The translations under genes and the position numbers were made by a program. From Rickettsia typhi (GTDB lineage Bacteria; Pseudomonadota; Alphaproteobacteria; Rickettsiales; Deianiraeaceae): a stretch of DNA of 64,000 nt. Positions 54,083-62,611 of the stretch are shown here, piece by piece. Positions within the stretch are counted from its first letter, which is position 1, and every line of letters starts with the position of its first letter. The notes under the pieces are model-generated. The model was not told the origin of the DNA and did no database searches. It saw only the letters and a list, made by a program, of their open reading frames with translations. The stretch is taken from contig CAMDBF010000003.1 of assembly GCA_945889175.1 (NCBI GenBank), positions 223-64,222 on the forward strand, in the 5' to 3' direction.

Positions 54083-55677
54083 TTAAAAACTTTTTAAAAA
54101 AATTAAGCTCAGTATCATTAAGTCTAAGCTTAACGCAAATTAACCTTGCGATAGCTTTTGCTGCAATCAGTCTCACTTTACACTCTTCGCCTTTAGTAAG
54201 TTTTGTAGTAAAAAATACATCTACAGCCAAGATTGTAATTTTATCGCAAGTTTTGGTTTTACAATTTTTAGTTATAGCTTTTTTTTCAAATTTACTTTGC
54301 ATAATTTTTTATAAGCATACAAAAATTTTAAAATCAATACTAATCTTTATTTGCCTTGCAAACTCTATTGCAATTTATTTTGTCAACACATTTGCAACAA
54401 TTCTTGACAAGGCAATGTTTAGCAATGTTTTTAACACAAAATACAGCGAGGCATCGCAGCTTGTAGGCTTTAGCTTAATATATTACATATTGCTTTACGG
54501 CATTGTTCCAAGTTACTTACTTGCAAAAATAAAAATTACCAAAAGTAGCTTTGCAAAAAAAATCCTTAGCTTAGTAATATACTTAATACTTACAATTGTC
54601 ACAGGCTTTGCAAATTCCAAAAATTGGCTCTGGTTTGACAAACATGCAAAACATCTAGGCGGACTCGAAATGCCTTTTAGCTACATAATAAACTCAGTAA
54701 GAGGCTACAAGATGCTTCACCAAAAGCCAAAGATTTACAAGGAGCTTGAACTTGCAACATTTACTGGTGGTAAAAATAAAACCTTGGTGGTATTAGTTAT
54801 TGGCGAATCGGCAAGAATGCAAAACTTTTCACTCTATGGTTACAGTCAAAATACAAACCCCCTGCTCTCAAAGGATGGGGTTGTTGCCCTTCAAAATCCA
54901 AGCTCCTGCACAACTTACACAACTGGCTCCATAGAATGTATGCTTAGCAATCTAAGTTCCCGATCTTCACATCGTACAGATTTTGAACCTTTGCCAAACT
55001 ACCTATTAAAACATGGTGTAAGCGTAATTTGGCGAAGCAACAACTGGGGACACCCAAGTATACAAACAAGCCTATACAAAGAGATAAAGGATATACAAAA
55101 AGAATATACCGTAAGGCAAAATATTAATTACGACGAAGTGTTGCTTGAGGGGCTCGAATTAGATATCGCAAAATACCAAAGCTCGCAAAATATTTTTGTT
55201 GTTTTGCATCAAGCTGGTAGCCACGGGCCATCTTACAACCTTAAATACCCAAAAGAGTTTGAAAAATTTACCCCAGTTTGCAATAGTGTTGAAATACAAA
55301 AGTGCTCAAAACAAGATTTAATTAATGGATATGACAACACAATTTTATACACAGATTTTATTTTGCACTCTTTAATTGCAAAATTAAAACAAATTAAAAA
55401 TAGAGATGTTTTAATGATATACACATCAGACCATGGAGAATCACTAGGTGAAGATGGATTTTATTTACACGGCACGCCTTATAGCCTTGCCCCAGATTAC
55501 CAAAAAAAAGTGCCTATGATACTTTGGTTTTCAGCAGGATTTGCAAACAAGCATAAAATAGATATTGCAAAACTTAAGGCAAGACAAAATAACTCACATG
55601 ATTTAATCTTTCACACTATAACATCTTCATTTTGGCTTAAAGATGGAGCGGTAGAACAAAAATACTCTTGCATTTAA
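54073..55677 (+). CDS. eptA: lipid A phosphoethanolamine transferase (EptA/MCR family)
   Basis: Five N-terminal TMs and a sulfatase-fold domain with 'VLVIGESARMQNFSLYGY', 'HQAGSHGPSY' and 'TSDHGESLGEDG'. It overlaps the previous gene by 10 nt. Confidence 0.85.
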   Translation: MQVIKNFLKKLSSVSLSLSLTQINLAIAFAAISLTLHSSPLVSFVVKNTSTAKIVILSQVLVLQFLVIAFFSNLLCIIFYKHTKILKSILIFICLANSIAIYFVNTFATILDKAMFSNVFNTKYSEASQLVGFSLIYYILLYGIVPSYLLAKIKITKSSFAKKILSLVIYLILTIVTGFANSKNWLWFDKHAKHLGGLEMPFSYIINSVRGYKMLHQKPKIYKELELATFTGGKNKTLVVLVIGESARMQNFSLYGYSQNTNPLLSKDGVVALQNPSSCTTYTTGSIECMLSNLSSRSSHRTDFEPLPNYLLKHGVSVIWRSNNWGHPSIQTSLYKEIKDIQKEYTVRQNINYDEVLLEGLELDIAKYQSSQNIFVVLHQAGSHGPSYNLKYPKEFEKFTPVCNSVEIQKCSKQDLINGYDNTILYTDFILHSLIAKLKQIKNRDVLMIYTSDHGESLGEDGFYLHGTPYSLAPDYQKKVPMILWFSAGFANKHKIDIAKLKARQNNSHDLIFHTITSSFWLKDGAVEQKYSCI

Positions 55678-55726
55678 CATTACAACATATAGGATAGCTT
55701 TTTAATAATTAGCTTGGTGAGTGTTT

Positions 55727-56749
55727 ATGAAAAAAATCTGTTTTTTTAAATTTTTATTAATAATACTAATAAATCTGCATTTTAACCAGTCCTTTGCTAC
55801 TCAGCAAACAGATTCTAAAAATGTCAACAAACAAGTCAATAAAGAGCAAAATCAAACAAAATGTGTTTTTCACTTTAACAAGCCTTCCACACAAAATACT
55901 GACAATAATTGTACCGAGGTTAAAATAGGCTTAGAGTTTTCAAATCTTAATTACAACATGCTTACAGCTGCTGACTCGGTATTAAGATGGGCAGACTCTA
56001 GAGGTTCAGGAGCTAATATCGAGCTTACACAAAATCTAAACCAAAAATATAAATTTGCCTTTAGATTTTCAAGACAAAACCTAAAAGGCGGTAGCATGAT
56101 GGACGATGACATTCAAAACCATGGCGGAATATTTAGTCAGTCCGATTCAATGAGTGGAAACTACACTAAAATACAAGCCTTGGTTTTTAAAAAACTTGAT
56201 TACCAATTCAATCCAAAATTAAAGTCTTTTTTTATTTTTGGTCTCGAGCAAAAAAAATTAAATCTATATCCAACAAATGGATATCAGCTTACCTTAGGTC
56301 ACAACGATATACCCGCTAATACTTACTATTTAGACAAAAATACTCAAACAGCAAAAATGCTAGCCAAAGGTTTAAATATAGGACTAAACTACGAGCTTGA
56401 ATTATCCAATGTCAACACAATAGGACTTGAAATTGTAGCATTTTTACCACTACTTATTGAAAGCTCTCAGCATGACTGGGGATACAACAATACAAATGGA
56501 TTTGATTGGCAAATGCGATTAAGCGGACTAAAAGCTTTAAAAAACAGCAGATCTTACGCTATAAAAATAGAGGAAAAGCACAAAATTAACGATAATTATT
56601 GGCTAAGTGTTTATGTGTTTTCGGAGGTAATGAAAATTAACAATCCATATGAAATTGATAGAAAAAATAACAAAGTTGTTAGAACGTACAAATCCCAAAA
56701 TATAGAATTTTTTAATTTTGGAATAGGAACCTCTTTATCAATAAAATAA
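55727..56749 (+). CDS. omptin-family-like outer-membrane beta-barrel protein
   Basis: Signal peptide (…NQSFA). 'GGSMMDDDIQNHGG' compares with OmpT 'GGNMVDQDWMDSSNPG', 'IESSQHDWGY' with 'VESSDNDEHY', and the C-terminal 'NIEFFNFGIGTSLSIK' with 'IENYNFITTAGLKYTF'. The OmpT sequence is recalled from memory. Confidence 0.5.
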   Translation: MKKICFFKFLLIILINLHFNQSFATQQTDSKNVNKQVNKEQNQTKCVFHFNKPSTQNTDNNCTEVKIGLEFSNLNYNMLTAADSVLRWADSRGSGANIELTQNLNQKYKFAFRFSRQNLKGGSMMDDDIQNHGGIFSQSDSMSGNYTKIQALVFKKLDYQFNPKLKSFFIFGLEQKKLNLYPTNGYQLTLGHNDIPANTYYLDKNTQTAKMLAKGLNIGLNYELELSNVNTIGLEIVAFLPLLIESSQHDWGYNNTNGFDWQMRLSGLKALKNSRSYAIKIEEKHKINDNYWLSVYVFSEVMKINNPYEIDRKNNKVVRTYKSQNIEFFNFGIGTSLSIK

Positions 56750-57474
56750 TGTCAACACAAAACAAATCACAAGAGCCAATTTTTTTATTAGCAAGCTCTT
56801 CAATCTCTCGCTTGCATCTATTAGCTAAGCTTGGCTATAAAATTGACGCAATCCTATCCCCTGACATAGACGAAGCTCCTTTAAAAACCGAAACGCCAAA
56901 ATTGTTATGTAAAAGACTAGCCATAGAAAAAGGCAATGAGGTTGTAAAAACGATTTTTATTAACGATAAGCTAAACTCTAAGATAAAATTTATTAGCGAA
57001 GATTTTGTAAATCTATCTTCAGATTTAAAACTGCAAGCCTTTAAAACAAGACCAATAGTATTTTTAAGTGCAGATACAGTTGCGGCAGTCGGCAGAAGAA
57101 TTCTGGAAAAAACATTTGACAGAACGATTTGCGAGAATTATTTAAAGCTTCTTTCGGGACGCAATCATCTTGTTTATACCTGCGTCTGCACGGGTCTTGT
57201 TAGTTACGACAATTTAACAAAAAATGTTTTTGTTAAAAATCAAGCTTGCAAAATTGTTGAAAGCCGTTTAAAATTTAAAAACCTCACTAACAAAGAGATA
57301 GAATCTTTTTTAAATACAAATCAGTGGCAAGGTAATGCTGGAGGATATACTATCTCTGGTTATGCTGAAAGATTTGTAATTAAAATTATAGGCTCCTATT
57401 CTTCAGTTATAGGATTACCTAGTTATCAAACAGATTGTTTGCTATCAAGGTTTTTAGTTAGTAGCAGCATTTAA
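56749..57474 (+). CDS. maf: Maf-family nucleoside triphosphate pyrophosphatase
   Basis: 'LLASSSISRLHLLAKLGY', 'PDIDE', 'SADTV' and 'GGYTISGYAERFVIKIIGSYSSVIGLP'. Confidence 0.85.
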   Translation: MSTQNKSQEPIFLLASSSISRLHLLAKLGYKIDAILSPDIDEAPLKTETPKLLCKRLAIEKGNEVVKTIFINDKLNSKIKFISEDFVNLSSDLKLQAFKTRPIVFLSADTVAAVGRRILEKTFDRTICENYLKLLSGRNHLVYTCVCTGLVSYDNLTKNVFVKNQACKIVESRLKFKNLTNKEIESFLNTNQWQGNAGGYTISGYAERFVIKIIGSYSSVIGLPSYQTDCLLSRFLVSSSI

Positions 57475-57517
57475 TAATCTGCTAGTCTTTCTGTTTATAA
57501 AATAATGGGGGTTAAAA

Positions 57518-60010
57518 ATGTTTAATGGACTTAGTCTTAACAGGCATAAATCAAAAAAAAGAGGGGTAGCTAAATACGAATACTCAACTTCAAACTTCAT
57601 ACCATACTCCCGACATTACAACGGTAAAACTATAGTTACAAAGGACGGTGAACTTATAAGTGTTATAAAAGTATCTGGCTTTTCTTTTGAAACTGCCGAT
57701 GACGATGACCTAAATTTAAAAAAAGACGCAAGAAACAACTTATTAAAAGGCTTTGCAACGGGTCAGTTTGGAGTGTACTTTCATACTATACGAAAAAAAC
57801 ATCAGGCCTATCCAGATGGTAAATTTAGCGACTTAATTTGCAAAGGTATAGACGACGAATGGAGACTGAGGCATGAAAAAGATTATACATTTATCAACGA
57901 GCATTACATTACAATACTACGAAAGAGTAATAAAATTGAAGAGGGCTTTGCTAAGCTATCTAAAAAAATTGCAAGTCGCAAACGCAAAAATAACGATGCA
58001 CTTGACGATGACGAGATAGATGAGGAGGTTCAAAAAGAATTAGCTAAAGTGGAAGAAGAAATATTAAAAGAAAACCACTCTCAACTTGAAGAGGTAAGGG
58101 ACAGAATCTACAATTCACTTTCGGGTTATCAGCCTGAAATACTTGAGGCAAAAAAAACAAGTGATGGCTTTTACTGCCCAATGCTGGAATTTTTATCTAG
58201 CATATCAAATTGCTGTCAGGTGCAAAAGGTTTTGGTTCCCAATATTTCACTAGATAAATACTTGCAAAGAGTAAGGCTTTATTTTAGTGGCAAAACTGGT
58301 GAATTTATAGCGCCAACTGGCGAGAAAAAATACTTTGCAATGGTTAGTTTAAAGGACTATAGAAATACCACGCATGCTGGACTTATGGATTCTTTTTTGC
58401 AGCTTCCATTTGAATTTGTAATTTCACAATCTTACTTCTTTATAGATAAGATGATTGCAGTCAACAAGCTACAATTACAACAAAGAAGACTTATACAATC
58501 AGAGGATGTTGCCATCTCTCAAATTGCCGAAATTAACGAGGCCTTGGACTCTTCAATGTCAGGTAGATTTGCTTTTGGTAATCACCACATGACAGTTATG
58601 TGCATAGGTGACAGCATAAAGGAGCTTGATTCAAATGTATCGCAAACGGTTGTGGAATTTTCGAGCGTTGGTATTAATGCAACGAGGGAAAGATTTAACT
58701 TAGAGCCAGCATTTTGGTCTCAGCTACCAGGTAACCAGTCTTTTATAGGTCGTAAGTCAATTATAAACAGTATGAATGTAGCATCCCTTGCTTCGCTACA
58801 CAATCATCCATCGGGCAAGCGAAAAGGCAACCATTGGGGCGATGCGGTTACGGTTTTTAATACAACATCTGGTACCCCTTATTTTTTTAGCTTTCATGTA
58901 AGAGATGTTGGGCATACAATGATAGTTGGTCCAACTGGTGCCGGTAAAACGGTTTTAATGAATTTTTTATGTGCTCAGGCACAAAAATTTAATCCAAAAA
59001 TATTTTTCTTCGATAAGGACAGAGGTGCCGAGATATTTGTAAGGGCAATAGGTGGTAAATATATTTATCCATCAGCATCCGAATATTCTGGCTTTAACCC
59101 ATTGCAACTTGCCGATACTTATGATAATAGAATTTTTCTTGAAGGATGGTTTGTTGCAATGCTAACATCGGCAGGCGAAAGTCTTGCCGCAGAGGATTAT
59201 GCAATTATCAAACAGGCAGTAGATGGCAACTACAAACTACCAAGAGATCAAAGATGTATATCCAATGTGTCAGCTTTTTTTGGAATGGAAAAAGTTGGTA
59301 GCCTTGCAAACAGACTTGCAAGATGGCACGGACAGGGCTCAAAAGCAAAACTTTTTGACAATCCTGAGGATAGCATTGATTTTTCCCATGGAAGAGTCTT
59401 TGGCTTTGAGATGGGTGATTTACTTAAGGATAAAATATCGCTACCAGCAACCCTTGAATATCTTTTTCACAGAATATCAGGCTCGCTTGATGGTAGTCCA
59501 ACAATGATAGTTTTAGACGAGGCTTGGGCATTGATAGATAACCCTGTTTTTGGACCTAAAATTAAGGATTGGCTCAAGGTATTGCGTAAGTTAAATGCTA
59601 TGGTTGTTTTTGCAACCCAATCAGTTGAAGATGCTACAAAAAGTAACATAAGCGACACATTGGTTCAGCAAACAGCAACTCAAATATTTTTACCAAATCT
59701 TAAGGCAACAGAAGAATACAAAAGAACCTTTATGCTAACCGATAGAGAGTTTAATCTTGTTAAAACAACCGACCCCGGAACAAGGTTTTTTTTAGTAAAA
59801 CAAGATAGCAACGCAGTAATTACAAGAATTAGCCTTGCCGGCATGGACGATATTATATCAATACTCTCAGGAAGAGTTGAGACCGTTGACCTCTTGGATA
59901 AAATTAGAGCAAAAGTGGGCGACGACCCATCCGCTTGGCTACCAATTTTTCTTGATACACTTCATCAGGAGAAGCTAAAGAAAAAATCAGAAAAATCAAC
60001 CGATGTGTAG
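57518..60010 (+). CDS. virB4: type IV secretion ATPase VirB4
   Basis: N-terminal 'FIPYSRHYNGKTIVTKDGELISVIKVSGF', Walker A 'GPTGAGKTV', 'MIVLDEAW' and 'VFATQS'. No virB3 lies upstream and no virB6 downstream. Confidence 0.9.
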   Translation: MFNGLSLNRHKSKKRGVAKYEYSTSNFIPYSRHYNGKTIVTKDGELISVIKVSGFSFETADDDDLNLKKDARNNLLKGFATGQFGVYFHTIRKKHQAYPDGKFSDLICKGIDDEWRLRHEKDYTFINEHYITILRKSNKIEEGFAKLSKKIASRKRKNNDALDDDEIDEEVQKELAKVEEEILKENHSQLEEVRDRIYNSLSGYQPEILEAKKTSDGFYCPMLEFLSSISNCCQVQKVLVPNISLDKYLQRVRLYFSGKTGEFIAPTGEKKYFAMVSLKDYRNTTHAGLMDSFLQLPFEFVISQSYFFIDKMIAVNKLQLQQRRLIQSEDVAISQIAEINEALDSSMSGRFAFGNHHMTVMCIGDSIKELDSNVSQTVVEFSSVGINATRERFNLEPAFWSQLPGNQSFIGRKSIINSMNVASLASLHNHPSGKRKGNHWGDAVTVFNTTSGTPYFFSFHVRDVGHTMIVGPTGAGKTVLMNFLCAQAQKFNPKIFFFDKDRGAEIFVRAIGGKYIYPSASEYSGFNPLQLADTYDNRIFLEGWFVAMLTSAGESLAAEDYAIIKQAVDGNYKLPRDQRCISNVSAFFGMEKVGSLANRLARWHGQGSKAKLFDNPEDSIDFSHGRVFGFEMGDLLKDKISLPATLEYLFHRISGSLDGSPTMIVLDEAWALIDNPVFGPKIKDWLKVLRKLNAMVVFATQSVEDATKSNISDTLVQQTATQIFLPNLKATEEYKRTFMLTDREFNLVKTTDPGTRFFLVKQDSNAVITRISLAGMDDIISILSGRVETVDLLDKIRAKVGDDPSAWLPIFLDTLHQEKLKKKSEKSTDV

Positions 60011-60191
60011 CTAAAGTTTTTAAAATTTACATTCTAAAGTTAAAAAACATAAATTAATATTGACTTTATTTTTTTATTTGAAATAATTTGCAATATCCTA
60101 AAATACTTTTTGCAACATTTAAAGACCCAATTTTACAATGTGGTTTAGCTGTTTATTCAAAAAATAATAATATTCAGTTTCACTTTACAAT

Positions 60192-61142
60192 ATGAACAAA
60201 ATGCTACAAAAACAAAAATTCAACACCAGCGTTTTACTTGGATTGCCAAGACGATTCTTTTCGTATATTCGTGCCGAGAATTACGATATTGACGATTCGA
60301 AAAAGATTTTACAAACTCAACATCACAGCCTAAGTATCGTTCCTTTAATGGAAAATAATACAAGTCATTACAATCTTTATAAACACATCATTACAAAGGT
60401 TGGAGTTTTTAACACTTCAAGTTGGATAATGGGTGCTTTTGGCAAAGATGTATTAAATATTAAAGACCAAAAAAAAGCAGATGAATTTTTTAAAAGCCAA
60501 GAACATATTATTTTGCAGCAGTACAAAGCACTCACAAAATACAATGTAAGCCATCAAGCTGGATACTATACTATTATTAAAGATGGAACTATAGTTGGAG
60601 GTTCTGGACTTATTCCAGTCGGGATTAACCAAACAGTAAATAAAGTTTATTCTTGCGATTTAGCCCTTCATATATTGCCAGATTTTCAAAAAAATGGCTA
60701 TGGCAAGGATCTAACTTTATCATTTTTAACCTTTGGATTCGATAGTGAAAAAGGACTTGATTTACAAACCATTGTTGGAACTTCTTTAAAATCAAACTAC
60801 GGAACCTCAAATCTTTGTCAGCAATTTGGAATGGTTATAAAAAGCAAGGAGGATTTAAAGTATTACTATATAAATAGAAAAATGTGGGATATTTTTATAA
60901 ACAACAAAGACAATCAAGAAAAGACAGCCCTTGGCAATGTTTTTTTAAACAATAAAGAAGAATCAAAGCAAGGCGAAATGCTAAAACTAGATTTTAATCC
61001 ACAATCAGACTCCGCCTCGAATATTGGAATTAATACCTCAGATATTAGAATTGAGTTTAAGCGCGAAGATGAAAATATTGAAAAAACCCTTATTTCTCAA
61101 TCGAAAGATCCTTCAAAACAAGATCAATTAATCTTTCGCTAA
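60192..61142 (+). CDS. GNAT (RimJ/RimL-like) acetyltransferase-domain protein with a C-terminal extension
   Basis: 'LSIVPLMENNTSHYNLYKHI' and the acetyl-CoA motif 'LPDFQKNGYGKDLTLSFLTFGF', then 'SNLCQQFGM'. About 80 aa of low-complexity tail follow. The 3' end overlaps the convergent LysR gene by 53 nt. Confidence 0.55.
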   Translation: MNKMLQKQKFNTSVLLGLPRRFFSYIRAENYDIDDSKKILQTQHHSLSIVPLMENNTSHYNLYKHIITKVGVFNTSSWIMGAFGKDVLNIKDQKKADEFFKSQEHIILQQYKALTKYNVSHQAGYYTIIKDGTIVGGSGLIPVGINQTVNKVYSCDLALHILPDFQKNGYGKDLTLSFLTFGFDSEKGLDLQTIVGTSLKSNYGTSNLCQQFGMVIKSKEDLKYYYINRKMWDIFINNKDNQEKTALGNVFLNNKEESKQGEMLKLDFNPQSDSASNIGINTSDIRIEFKREDENIEKTLISQSKDPSKQDQLIFR

Positions 61143-62013
61143 TGCCTTTTATCATTTCGCCCTTTCTTACTAAAAAACAATATTTTATAGAAGGCGACAA
61201 ATGGTAGACTTTTCTTACATCAATATTTTCATCTTGCACGACATAACTCTCGTGCATAATGGTTACACCCAAACCTTGTTTTACAAGTTCTTTTAAAATT
61301 TCCCAATTACCATTTTCAATTATTATGTCACTTTTAAGTGTACCATGAGATACTCTGTCTTTTTGTATTTGCGAAATTGCATAATTTGCAGTGTGTAAAT
61401 AATTGTATTGAGAAATATCTGCAAATCTAATTTCATTATCTTTGTACTTAGACAAAGGATGCTCTTTTGGCATAATACACACCGGTCTATAAGGCATGGC
61501 TTCGATAACTTTTACATCATGAGGAATATTTTCACCAGATTCAATTGGATACATTGCAAAATCAATCTCGTGTTTTGTTAGTTTTTGTAAAGCCTCTTCT
61601 TTTGTTATGTATAAAAGCTCTATTGTAGGTTGATTAAATTCTTTGTATATCTTTTTAAGATATTTGGGTAATATCAAGCTAAATACCGAATGATGACCCG
61701 CTATAGAAACATATCTGTTTTTTCGCTCTTGCAATTTATCATTAAATTTTTCGTACAAAGATTCTATGGCGTTAAAAGCAGGTAAGGCATGTCTGTAAAA
61801 TTGCAAACCTTTTTTAGTCAACTCCATTGAATCTTTTTTGTAAAAAAACAACTCAAACCCCAAATCTCTCTCAAGTGTACTAATTTGCTTTGAAACCGAA
61901 GATGGACTTAAATTTATACTTTTAGCTCCCGATGTAACTCCGCCGCTTCTAACAGTTGCAAAAAAACCCCTAAGCTGTTGAAGTCTATTGTTTTTGTAGA
62001 TAAAACTTTGCAT
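61090..62013 (-). CDS. LysR-family transcriptional regulator
   Basis: N-terminal wHTH 'LQQLRGFFATVRSGGVTSGAKSINLSPSSVSKQISTLERDLGFELF' followed by a LysR substrate-binding-type domain. Confidence 0.85.
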   Translation of the reverse strand: MQSFIYKNNRLQQLRGFFATVRSGGVTSGAKSINLSPSSVSKQISTLERDLGFELFFYKKDSMELTKKGLQFYRHALPAFNAIESLYEKFNDKLQERKNRYVSIAGHHSVFSLILPKYLKKIYKEFNQPTIELLYITKEEALQKLTKHEIDFAMYPIESGENIPHDVKVIEAMPYRPVCIMPKEHPLSKYKDNEIRFADISQYNYLHTANYAISQIQKDRVSHGTLKSDIIIENGNWEILKELVKQGLGVTIMHESYVVQDENIDVRKVYHLSPSIKYCFLVRKGEMIKGISERLIDLVLKDLSIEK

Positions 62014-62206
62014 ATATTGCTTTAAAGTTATTAAATCATGAGTTTCTTAAATACTAAAAGTATATTTTTAAAGAAAAAAAATGCAATTTAATTAAAAAAG
62101 AATTATTACTTTTTTTATAGAGGTAAAGCATAGCTTTTAAAAAAGTTAGAGAAGTTTTTTAAACTTTAAAGTTTAGAATTGTTGTCATTTTGATAAAAAT
62201 ACACAT

Positions 62207-62283
62207 TGGCGTATCCGGTGGGAATTGAACCCACAACCTTTACCTTCGGAGGGTAATACTCTATCCAATTGAGCTACGGATAC
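62207..62283 (-). tRNA. tRNA-Arg (anticodon CCG)
   Basis: The reverse complement GTATCCGTAGCTCAATTGGATAGAGTATTACCCTCCGAAGGTAAAGGTTGTGGGTTCAATTCCCACCGGATACGCCA folds by hand into a cloverleaf. It has anticodon loop CTCCGAA, T-loop TTCAATT and an encoded CCA. Confidence 0.85.
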
Positions 62284-62411
62284 AAGATAAAAGAATTTTC
62301 TACATTTTTTTTTATTTTTACAAGCCTTAGATTAAATTTTAAAAAAAAGCTTGACAATAAATTAAAAAAACTTACATTTATATCAATTGCTTTAGTACAA
62401 ACAAGCTACTA

Positions 62412-62486
62412 AGCGGGTGTAGCACAGTGGTAGTGCGCAACCTTGCCAAGGTTGAGGTCGTGGGTTCAAGTCCCATCACCCGCTCC
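62412..62486 (+). tRNA. tRNA-Gly (anticodon GCC)
   Basis: GCGGGTGTAGCACAGTGGTAGTGCGCAACCTTGCCAAGGTTGAGGTCGTGGGTTCAAGTCCCATCACCCGCTCCA folds by hand into a cloverleaf. It has anticodon loop TTGCCAA, T-loop TTCAAGT and an encoded CCA. Confidence 0.9.
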
Positions 62487-62611
62487 AAATAAAATTTTGG
62501 AGCTTTACATTAATATTCATATCGTAAAAAATCTTAAAAAATCTTGCAATTAAAAGTTTTTTAATATAACTCTAAATCAAAAAATAAAATTATATATTAG
62601 TATTTACAGAC

